A stretch of 64,000 nucleotides of DNA from Candidatus Daviesbacteria bacterium (lineage in GTDB: Bacteria; Patescibacteriota; Microgenomatia; Daviesbacterales; UBA10151): NCBI GenBank assembly GCA_016198275.1, contig JACQIX010000010.1, positions 172-64,171 of the forward strand, read 5' to 3'. A model generated the notes under the pieces. It had not been told where the DNA came from. It ran no database searches and was given only the letters and a program-made list of their open reading frames with translations. Position numbers and translations under genes: made by a program. Numbering within the stretch: the stretch's first letter is position 1; each line of letters opens with the position of its first letter. Positions 1 through 7,854 of the stretch are shown in pieces.

Positions 1-32
1 AATATTGTTGTTAATATTCAAAAGGACCTTGG

Positions 33-59
33 AAGGTGGGCTATAGTCCCACCTTTTTT
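33..59 (+). promoter_or_regulatory. rimP-leader-like terminator/attenuator hairpin upstream of nusA
   Basis: AAGGTGGG-ctatagt-CCCACCTT followed by a T-tract, just 5' of nusA; resembles the conserved GUGGG..CCCAC rimP-nusA leader. Confidence 0.7.
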
Positions 60-82
60 AAAAGTAAGGAGAAATAAAATAA

Positions 83-1123
83 ATGGCACAAGCTAGGACA
101 GAATTTGCAGCAGCATTAAATCAAATAGCCTCTGAAAAAGGGGTTGAGGTAGAAGTTGTTTTAGATGCTATCCGTCAGGCAGCCTTGGCTGCTTATAAAA
201 AAGATTTAATGTTGAGAAATGAGCCTATACCGGATGATTTTGAGGAATTTACTTCCAAAGTTGACCCGGCCAGCGGCGAGATTTCCATTTTTGATAAAAA
301 TAAAAATGTTACACCTCCGGGATTTGCCAGAATTGCTGCCTCAATTGCCAAGCAAGTCATTACTCAACGCCTTAATGAGGCTGAAAGAGGGGCAATTCTA
401 TCTGAATATGAAAATAAAGTTGGGACAGTGATAAGTGGTGCTATCCAGAGACAGGAAGGAAATACTTATTTTGTAGATTTGGGTCGGGCTGAAGGGGTAT
501 TGCCTCTATCTGAACAAGTCCATACTGAGATTTATAGTCAAAATCAAAGGTTAAAGTTTTTGGTAAAAGAGATCAGAGAAGGCAGCAGAGGTTCAGAAGT
601 GGTGGTTTCCAGATCAGATCCCAATTTTGTCAAAGCTTTATTTGCCCTGGAAGTGCCGGAGATTCAATCAGGTGCAGTTGAAGTCAAAGTAATTGCCAGA
701 GAAGCCGGGTCCAGAACTAAAATTGCCGCCATTAGTAAACAGGAGGGTGTTGATCCGGTAGGTTCTATGGTGGGGCAAAAAGGAGTGAGGGTTCAGGCAG
801 TAATGAGTGAGTTAAGTGAGGAAAAAATAGATATCATCAGTTTTTCAGAAGATCCAGCCAGATTTATTGCTTCTGCTCTTTCTCCTGCCAAGGATATTCA
901 AGTCAGATTAAATGAATCAGCCAAAATTGCCACAGTAATTGTGCCGCAAAACCAGCTGTCTTTGGCGATTGGTAAGGGTGGACAAAATGTCCGTTTGGCT
1001 GCCAAATTAACCGGCTGGAAAATTGATATTGAGGGAGCCGGAGAACCGGAAATAGAGGAAGATGGAATCGTTAAGAAGGAAGTTGAGGAAGAAAAGGTAG
1101 ATATAGAAAAAAGTAAGGGTTAA
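83..1123 (+). CDS. nusA: Transcription termination/antitermination factor NusA
   Basis: S1 and KH motifs ([33 protein letters not shown]); AAGGAG SD. Confidence 0.98.
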   Translation: MAQARTEFAAALNQIASEKGVEVEVVLDAIRQAALAAYKKDLMLRNEPIPDDFEEFTSKVDPASGEISIFDKNKNVTPPGFARIAASIAKQVITQRLNEAERGAILSEYENKVGTVISGAIQRQEGNTYFVDLGRAEGVLPLSEQVHTEIYSQNQRLKFLVKEIREGSRGSEVVVSRSDPNFVKALFALEVPEIQSGAVEVKVIAREAGSRTKIAAISKQEGVDPVGSMVGQKGVRVQAVMSELSEEKIDIISFSEDPARFIASALSPAKDIQVRLNESAKIATVIVPQNQLSLAIGKGGQNVRLAAKLTGWKIDIEGAGEPEIEEDGIVKKEVEEEKVDIEKSKG

Positions 1124-1211
1124 GTATTATGTATCTAGTATTAAGGATATGAAAAGCAATATTTTTATCTATCCCGTAATACTTAATACGTAATACTAGT
1201 CAAGTATTAGT
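1121..1211. repeat. 7-bp tandem/inverted AGTATTA/TAATACT fold-back repeat
   Basis: agtatta tgtatct agtatta ... taatact taatacg taatact. Confidence 0.65.
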
Positions 1212-2666
1212 ATGAGTAAAATTACGAGACCACCTATAGTGACAATCTTAGGTCATGTTGATCATGGAAAAACTTCCTTGCTTGATTTTATAAGGAAATC
1301 TTCGGTTGCAGCCAAAGAACATGGTGGTATTACCCAACACATTGGTGCCTATCAGATTAGTCTACCTGGAACCTCTAACCTGATTACTTTTATTGATACT
1401 CCCGGGCATGCTGCATTTGAAAAAATGAGGTCAAGAGGAGCAAGAGTGGCTGATATAGCAGTTTTGGTAGTGGCTTTGGATGATGGGGTGATGCCGCAGA
1501 CTATTGAGGCTATCAAACATATTCATGAGGCTAAAGTACCCCTGATTGTGATTATTAACAAAATTGATCTTGCAGGGATTGACATAGCAGTGCAACTGGC
1601 AAAAATAAAAAAACAATTATCCGATCAAAAGATAAATTTGGAAGAATATGGGGGGGATGTGCCGCTAGTGTCTTTATCTGCCAAAACAGGCAAGGGAGTA
1701 GATAAACTTTTAGAAATGATCCTGTTGGTGGCAGAATTAAATGAGTTAAAAGGAGATGCCCAGGATGCTCCTTCAGGGGTGGTTATTGAAGCAACTTTAG
1801 ATAAATTTAAAGGGCCAATAGCCACCATTTTAATCAGAAACGGTACTTTAAAAAAAGGAGAACAGATTTTGCTGGGCGGAGTAACAGGCAAGATCAGGGC
1901 CATGTTAGATTTTAATGGTCAGGCAATAGAGGAGGCTGGACCTTCCACCCCAGTGGAGATTTTAGGGTTAACTGATGTGCCGAAGGTGGGAGTTTTGCTG
2001 GGTAACGAGTTGGAGTCAGAAAAAGTAGATGAGCAAGTCTCGCTTCTTGACAAGCTAAAAATGGGGGAAAGAAAAACCTTAAAAGTAATTATTAAAGCGG
2101 ATAAACAAGGATCACTTGAGGCAATACAAGCTTCTTTAGACAAATTTAATCTGGAGCGTAAAGTTATTGATTATATATTTGCAGGAATTGGAGATATTGG
2201 GGAAGAGAATATTAAGTTGGCAGCTACAGTAGGAGCAATTGTGATCGGATTTAATGTTAAAGTTGTTCCTTTAGCCGCTCAATTGGCTGAAAATGAACAT
2301 GTATTAATTAGGACTTATAATATTATTTATGAACTTTTGGAGGATATAGAGGAGGTTGTTAATACATTATTGGAAGTAGGGCAATTGGAGGAAGTTTTAG
2401 GCAAAGCCAATATTTTGGCTGAGTTCCCTTTTGGTAAGAATGAAAGAGTGGCCGGATGCAGGATGATAGAGGGGGTAATTGCCAAGGGGCAAAAAATCAG
2501 AGTAGTTAGAGTTGGACAAATTATTGGCGAGACTAAGCTGAAATTTTTGAAAAAGGTTAAAGAAGAGGTTAACAAAGTTGAAAAGGGCAATGATTGTGGA
2601 ATGCTATTTGATCCTGCAATAGATTTTCAAATTGGAGATGTGGTGGAATCATTTAGAGTGATCTAG
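1212..2666 (+). CDS. infB: Translation initiation factor IF-2 (minimal, no N-terminal domain)
   Basis: [35 protein letters not shown]; starts directly at the G domain. Confidence 0.98.
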   Translation: MSKITRPPIVTILGHVDHGKTSLLDFIRKSSVAAKEHGGITQHIGAYQISLPGTSNLITFIDTPGHAAFEKMRSRGARVADIAVLVVALDDGVMPQTIEAIKHIHEAKVPLIVIINKIDLAGIDIAVQLAKIKKQLSDQKINLEEYGGDVPLVSLSAKTGKGVDKLLEMILLVAELNELKGDAQDAPSGVVIEATLDKFKGPIATILIRNGTLKKGEQILLGGVTGKIRAMLDFNGQAIEEAGPSTPVEILGLTDVPKVGVLLGNELESEKVDEQVSLLDKLKMGERKTLKVIIKADKQGSLEAIQASLDKFNLERKVIDYIFAGIGDIGEENIKLAATVGAIVIGFNVKVVPLAAQLAENEHVLIRTYNIIYELLEDIEEVVNTLLEVGQLEEVLGKANILAEFPFGKNERVAGCRMIEGVIAKGQKIRVVRVGQIIGETKLKFLKKVKEEVNKVEKGNDCGMLFDPAIDFQIGDVVESFRVI

Positions 2667-2753
2667 AGTGCTTGATTTTTAGCGTTTCACTAAGTAATTT
2701 CTGTGCTGAGCTTGAAATTATGGGATAGTAATGATAGAATACAGGCGATCCTT

Positions 2754-3818
2754 ATGAAGTACGATTCAATGCTATCAGAGCTTAAAAATATAATACCCAA
2801 TACTAAAAGCATTTTAATTGCTCTTCCTCCTAATCCTTCAATTGACAATTTAGCCTCTTCCTTAGCTTTATTTTTAACATTTGAAGGGAGCGGAAAAGAA
2901 GTTACTGTTGTCTGTCAGACAGATATTACAGTTGGTCAGGCACATCTTTTTGGGGTAGATCAGATTCAAAAAAATCTTCCGCCAGGAGGCGGGGGGAATT
3001 TGACACTCACTTTAGAAGGGGTAGCTGCTTCAGACAATACAGTGCCTGCTTTGGAGAAGTTGGATTGGTATGCAGAAAACAATAATTTAAATTTGGTGTT
3101 TCATGTTCTGCCCGGCCAAACTTTTCAACCTGCCAAAATTGTTCCTAAATATCAAGGTAGTGGTTTTAATTTAATCTTTGTAGTAGGTGTTGTTAATTTA
3201 AATGTTTTAGGTGATTACTCGATAAATCCCCAACTGTTTTCCGGATCGCATATTGTTAATATTGATATTCAAGCTTCTAACACTAATTTTGGTCAAACCA
3301 ATATTGTAGATAATAATAGCTCTTCTTTGTCTGAAGTGATGAGTTATTTAATTGCTGATTTAGGATTTACTCTTGACGGAGACTGCGCCAGTAATTTGCT
3401 GGCAGGAATTTTTGATGCCACTGCTAACCTATCAGGAAGCAAGGTCAGCGCTGATACTTTTATGGCTGTTGCTAATTGCTTAAGAGTTGGAGGTAGAAAG
3501 CCTGTAGGAGTGGTTACACCAGCAACTCCACCGTTTTCTCAACCATCAACCCAAGCAGCTTATGACTGGAATGCAGTATCTGCTGCTCTTGGCCAAAGTA
3601 TCACTCCTCAATTATCCGGCATCAGTGATTTTGCGGTGCCGCCGGTGGTTTCATCCTCTTCCCAGCCTGTGGCTGATGCAGGTGATCACGAAACTGTCTA
3701 CAAGCAAACTCCAAAACCATCACCTGAGGAAAGGCCTTTGGTGGAAGGCGTAGTATCTGAAACAGTGGAACCTGAGTGGCTGACCCCTAAAATATTTAAA
3801 GGCTCATCTCTAGGATAA
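2754..3818 (+). CDS. DHH-phosphoesterase-like protein with degenerate motifs
   Basis: ILIALPPNPSIDNLASSLAL, IVNIDIQASN, LLAGIFDAT correspond to DHH motifs without the metal ligands; TTGAAA-17-TAGAAT promoter at 2712-2740; start 2754 or 2769. Confidence 0.6.
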   Translation: MKYDSMLSELKNIIPNTKSILIALPPNPSIDNLASSLALFLTFEGSGKEVTVVCQTDITVGQAHLFGVDQIQKNLPPGGGGNLTLTLEGVAASDNTVPALEKLDWYAENNNLNLVFHVLPGQTFQPAKIVPKYQGSGFNLIFVVGVVNLNVLGDYSINPQLFSGSHIVNIDIQASNTNFGQTNIVDNNSSSLSEVMSYLIADLGFTLDGDCASNLLAGIFDATANLSGSKVSADTFMAVANCLRVGGRKPVGVVTPATPPFSQPSTQAAYDWNAVSAALGQSITPQLSGISDFAVPPVVSSSSQPVADAGDHETVYKQTPKPSPEERPLVEGVVSETVEPEWLTPKIFKGSSLG

Positions 3819-3864
3819 TCAGTTCTGCAATACCTTCAGACAGGGTGTATACTCTATATTAGAG

Positions 3865-5451
3865 ATGAAAGAAAAAAGTCAACATTTTATTGCTAATTTT
3901 TTTAATTCCCTATCTCTCTCAACTCTTACAAAAAAACAGCGATATTCTTTACTAATAGCCTTAGTAGTTCTTATAAGTCTCCCAATTATTGTTATTGCTG
4001 TGCGGTATCAACAAAATATTCGCTCAAGAGCAGAGCAAACAGATAGCAGACAAGTTGTTGTTGAGGAGATAGATCAACAAAAGAAAGAGTTGCGTGAGCA
4101 TTATATAAATACTAATATAACTGAAAATGCTTTTTCCCCACAGAAACCTTTGATTTTTCCTGATGATCCAAGTACGTCAAATGATATTATCCCACCCCCT
4201 CCATTATTTTCAATTTATGAACCACAATCACGATATACGGCTTCAATATTAATAATTCCCATAAATTTCACCAATAGCAAATTCAGCGACAATGATACAC
4301 AGAATATGTGGGGTTATATTGGGCTAGACGATAGTAAAAAATATAAATATAAATCAATAAAAGATTATTTCATTTATACAAATGAAACATCACCCTTACT
4401 TCATCTTTCAAACCTTGCTGTAACTCGTCCTTTTGAGAGCGGAGTAGACGGTAGGAGTTGTTCAGATGCAGAGATTATGGAATGGTCCAAAAAAGCCGAG
4501 GAAGAGGTAAAACAAACCTTTATTCTTGATTATTGGACCTATATTGTATACTTACTTGCTCCGGGGAATAATTGTCCATGGCAACTAGGATATGACTCAC
4601 GAACAATATATATAACAGTCGCAGCGCAAGGGGTAATCGTCCGAAAAAAACAAGGGTTAATATGGTTCAGTTACACAGGATTAAATGATGTGAATCCTCG
4701 GATAAAAGAATTTACTTTTAAAGATCGGTTAATTCATGCTTTGCTTCATCTATCTGATCTTACTCATGCTCATGCCATTTATTGTTCGGGAAATAATAAT
4801 GATCCAGATTTTAATTTTGTGAAAGATAAATGTTCTCTTTACAATAGCCTTGATAGGTCAGATGTTTTAGGAGATAGTCTAAAAAGTGGATCTAAAGAAG
4901 ATATACCGGTTATTCCATTTTTGAATGCCCCTCATAAAACTGAGCTTTCCTGGTTGCCAAAAGATCGGGTTTTTATTATTGACAAAGATCCAGCTACTAA
5001 TCGTCCTAAAGCAGGAACATACACATTAAGATTAACGCCATTAGATATTCCAACTGATATACAAACACCCCAAACAAAGCGAGTGGTTAAAATTTATAAA
5101 CCCGATACCAGTTTTTATAGCAGCCATTGGAGAAAAACTATTAATTCATACTATTATGTTTCTGTCAGGAATATACGGGGTGCATTGGTAGATGCTAGTG
5201 ACAATTCATTTTTGCACAATGATTTAGTACAGGGAGCAAATATCCATATTGGATATGATTTTTCTGTTATGCCTACTTATCTCATTGGTACAACCTATAA
5301 TACTTTTTCTCACGAGGCGCTTAGTAACTTTAAATCTTTTATTGATGACGCAAATGGTATAACCATCAAACAAACAGGTTCTGGTATGGTTCTTCACCCA
5401 ACTGAAGAATATCCGCAAAATTATGTGGATTTAGAGATTACTATCCAATAA
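3865..5451 (+). CDS. Membrane-anchored M11/M6-like metallopeptidase homologue, catalytic Glu replaced
   Basis: N-terminal TM then QQNIRSRA; HALLHLSDLTHAH, DVLG, NAPHKTELSWL resemble HExxHxxGxxH...DxMG...NAxxKxxxGW. Confidence 0.55.
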   Translation: MKEKSQHFIANFFNSLSLSTLTKKQRYSLLIALVVLISLPIIVIAVRYQQNIRSRAEQTDSRQVVVEEIDQQKKELREHYINTNITENAFSPQKPLIFPDDPSTSNDIIPPPPLFSIYEPQSRYTASILIIPINFTNSKFSDNDTQNMWGYIGLDDSKKYKYKSIKDYFIYTNETSPLLHLSNLAVTRPFESGVDGRSCSDAEIMEWSKKAEEEVKQTFILDYWTYIVYLLAPGNNCPWQLGYDSRTIYITVAAQGVIVRKKQGLIWFSYTGLNDVNPRIKEFTFKDRLIHALLHLSDLTHAHAIYCSGNNNDPDFNFVKDKCSLYNSLDRSDVLGDSLKSGSKEDIPVIPFLNAPHKTELSWLPKDRVFIIDKDPATNRPKAGTYTLRLTPLDIPTDIQTPQTKRVVKIYKPDTSFYSSHWRKTINSYYYVSVRNIRGALVDASDNSFLHNDLVQGANIHIGYDFSVMPTYLIGTTYNTFSHEALSNFKSFIDDANGITIKQTGSGMVLHPTEEYPQNYVDLEITIQ

Positions 5452-5474
5452 TTTCTGCAGGATAAAACGGATTA

Positions 5475-5951
5475 TTATTCTTTCAGGTCGGGGTTTTTGG
5501 GGAAAGCAGTTTTGAGTTTATAGACATATGGTTTAGGAAAAGTATAATCCCGAATGCCGGTAATAGTGATCGTAGTTATTCCCTCCTTCCAAGTTTCGGT
5601 TGTTGAGATAGTTAAAGTATTAGGCTGTCCTTTTTTACCGATCACCTGAGTTGGTACTTGCGGAGAAACCGTATATTTTAGGTCTGGAGTCCGGGGAGGT
5701 TCGGCAAAGACTAAATCAACCTGCTGGATAGGTAAATACTCATAAGTTGTATCTTCGGGTAAAATCTTCACAATTTTAAAATCGGATTTAGGAATAACTG
5801 TACTATTTTTGAAATGAGTTTGACTCAAGGGAAATGTGCTGGAAACAGGAGAGGCATTTTGAGTCCCTAGACGGTGAGAAGAGAAGAAAAAATACCAAAC
5901 GACTCCTCCTAAGAAGATAAGCAAAAATAACAGCAAATAAATTCTAATCAT
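5475..5951 (-). CDS. Membrane-anchored hypothetical protein, possible Ig-like domain
   Basis: N-terminal hydrophobic helix, beta-rich C-terminal part. Confidence 0.6.
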   Translation of the reverse strand: MIRIYLLLFLLIFLGGVVWYFFFSSHRLGTQNASPVSSTFPLSQTHFKNSTVIPKSDFKIVKILPEDTTYEYLPIQQVDLVFAEPPRTPDLKYTVSPQVPTQVIGKKGQPNTLTISTTETWKEGITTITITGIRDYTFPKPYVYKLKTAFPKNPDLKE

Positions 5952-5984
5952 TTAGTTAATTTTAGATTTTTCTTTAACCAAACA

Positions 5985-7313
5985 TCAATTACACAATATT
6001 TTAGCCACGTCTAACCAGCCGGTATTTCCAGGAGCATTACCTCCAGAGCCTAGTTGAACATGTACATGAAATTCATCACAAGGTCCCCCTGAAATTATAC
6101 TACAGATATTTCCTCCCACTTCACCCGAATTATGAGTTCCGGAAACGCCGCTTCGCGGTTGGGTATGGTGGAATTGAAGATAAAATTGAGCACCGTCGTG
6201 TGTTCGGACTCCAGTATATTTTTGAATCGCCTCACCAGTGCTGGCCCCCAATTCTTGACCTATATATGTCCATCTGATATTTCCATTTAGTGAAGGAAGC
6301 GTAATAGATCCTCCAGCTGGTCCGGGAACGTCTAATCCCCATTGAGTCGCTGGATAAGGAACACAGAATTTGTTATAAGCAGTATCGGGATAACCGATCC
6401 CACAATGTCCGCAGCCACTGCGGAGAGTAAATTTAGTTCCGCATGAAGGATTGCTTCTGGGGACTGGACATGAAATTTCTGTTCCTACAGGAGTCTCTCT
6501 CCCTTGATCTCCAAATTGGGAGGATCCATCACCGTCACAACTTTTATTACTCCGGCAAGCACCATTATCTGCTCCGATACTTTGTCCACAAGTCTGGTAC
6601 TCACCTTTTGAGGATTTGGAATCAATTGGACAATCATTATCGTTGGAACAACAAGCAGCATCGCAGACATCTTTGTCGGCGAGCCATTTTGATTTAGGGT
6701 TATTCTGGCAAAGATCGCCTGAAGATTGTATTGGTTGGGAAGGTTGAGCAGTTTGGTTATTAGTTGGCGTGCCGCTGTCAGAATTAGGGTCACAACTTTT
6801 GTTGCTGAGGCAGGCTCCGTTATCTGCACCCAGACCTTTACCGCAAGTTTCATTATTCGGACAGTCTTTATCAATAGTACAGCAAGCTGGATCACAGGAG
6901 AGATTGTGGTCATCATTGTATTTACTTCCCCACTTGGTTTTAGGATTGTCCTGGCAAAGATTCTCATCGGTACTGCTTAAAGCAAAATTGGTTGAAGCCC
7001 TATCAGGCGCGCAGCGGATGGATTTATCCGAGCAAATCATATGTTGGCCTACTCCGCAATCTGTATGGAAGCATTTGTCTGATTGTTGGCAGTAGATAAA
7101 GGATGAATCGCTGCAGGTTGTAATTCCTTGGGCATTTACCACAGCGTATGTGGTGGTTTTTTTATTGTCAGCAACAGGGTAGGAGGTAGAAGTTGTGGAG
7201 GGAGTGAATTGTTTGATCTGGATATTGTTCGTTTGGCCTAAAATAATATTGTTTGAGCTGATAAAAATTAATACCACCAAAAAAAGAAGTGAGGCAGGAA
7301 TTATTTTTAGCAT
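5985..7313 (-). CDS. Secreted Cys-rich repeat protein with a possible degenerate M23-like C-terminal domain
   Basis: Signal/TM segment, two ~60-aa Cys-rich repeats, GLD...HH...FHVHVQL at C-terminus; TATAAT 12 nt upstream of ATG. Confidence 0.6.
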   Translation of the reverse strand: MLKIIPASLLFLVVLIFISSNNIILGQTNNIQIKQFTPSTTSTSYPVADNKKTTTYAVVNAQGITTCSDSSFIYCQQSDKCFHTDCGVGQHMICSDKSIRCAPDRASTNFALSSTDENLCQDNPKTKWGSKYNDDHNLSCDPACCTIDKDCPNNETCGKGLGADNGACLSNKSCDPNSDSGTPTNNQTAQPSQPIQSSGDLCQNNPKSKWLADKDVCDAACCSNDNDCPIDSKSSKGEYQTCGQSIGADNGACRSNKSCDGDGSSQFGDQGRETPVGTEISCPVPRSNPSCGTKFTLRSGCGHCGIGYPDTAYNKFCVPYPATQWGLDVPGPAGGSITLPSLNGNIRWTYIGQELGASTGEAIQKYTGVRTHDGAQFYLQFHHTQPRSGVSGTHNSGEVGGNICSIISGGPCDEFHVHVQLGSGGNAPGNTGWLDVAKILCN

Positions 7314-7353
7314 ACTATAGTCTTTATTATACAGGATAGCATAAATCGTAAAT

Positions 7354-7382
7354 TTGCATAATTACAAATTTTTTGTTATACT
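7354..7382 (+). promoter_or_regulatory. sigma70-type promoter of rpsO
   Basis: TTGCAT-17 bp-TATACT. Confidence 0.75.
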
Positions 7383-7393
7383 GCGCCCACAAA

Positions 7394-7422
7394 GAGCAAC
7401 GTCTTGGCACCGAGGTTGTCTC
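7394..7422 (+). promoter_or_regulatory. rpsO leader hairpin (candidate S15 autoregulatory site)
   Basis: GAGCAAC..TCTTGG-CA-CCGAGG..TTGTCTC stem ending just before the AAGGAGGT SD. Confidence 0.45.
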
Positions 7423-7436
7423 ACAAAGGAGGTAAG

Positions 7437-7706
7437 ATGCCACTTGATGCAAAGATCAAACAGCAAATAATTAAGGATTTTGCCCAAAAAAGCGGTGATA
7501 CAGGTTCTCCGGAAGTACAAATTGCCCTTTTAACCGAGCAGATTAAAAATCTTGCCAGTCATCTAAAAGAACATACCCATGATATTCACTCAAGACGTGG
7601 ACTTTTATCAATGGTTAACAAAAGGAGAAGACTGCTTCAGTATCTGTTTAAAAAAGATATGGAAAGATATAAAATTGTGATTGATAAATTGGGATTAGCA
7701 AAATAA
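7437..7706 (+). CDS. rpsO: 30S ribosomal protein S15
   Basis: [20 protein letters not shown]; ATG 7437 after AAGGAGGT. Confidence 0.98.
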   Translation: MPLDAKIKQQIIKDFAQKSGDTGSPEVQIALLTEQIKNLASHLKEHTHDIHSRRGLLSMVNKRRRLLQYLFKKDMERYKIVIDKLGLAK

Positions 7707-7715
7707 TAAAATTTA

Positions 7716-7796
7716 TGCTATAATAAAATAAAGAGAGATTTGGGGATTGGAAAGAGATAATTAAAATTAATTACCTCTTATACAGTTTCCAAGTCT
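7716..7796 (+). promoter_or_regulatory. pnp promoter (TGcTATAAT) and long leader stem-loop
   Basis: AGATTTGGGGATTG/CAGTTTCCAAGTCT outer stem with AAGAG-TAATTAA/TTAATTA-CTCTT inner stem. Confidence 0.6.
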
Positions 7797-7854
7797 TCAA
7801 GATAAAGTCACCCTGAAACCGTCAGAGGTAGATGAAGGATTTTCCGTAGAGAAA

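Noticed and set aside
1121-1211. Possible CRISPR array
   Set aside because: Units are 7 bp with no spacers, and there are no cas genes
6443-7095. Several overlapping alternative ORFs
   Set aside because: Shadows of the 442-aa Cys-rich gene, which has the signal peptide and coherent repeats
7404-7436. N-terminal extension of S15 from TTG 7404
   Set aside because: Strong SD precedes ATG 7437; upstream part is the leader hairpin
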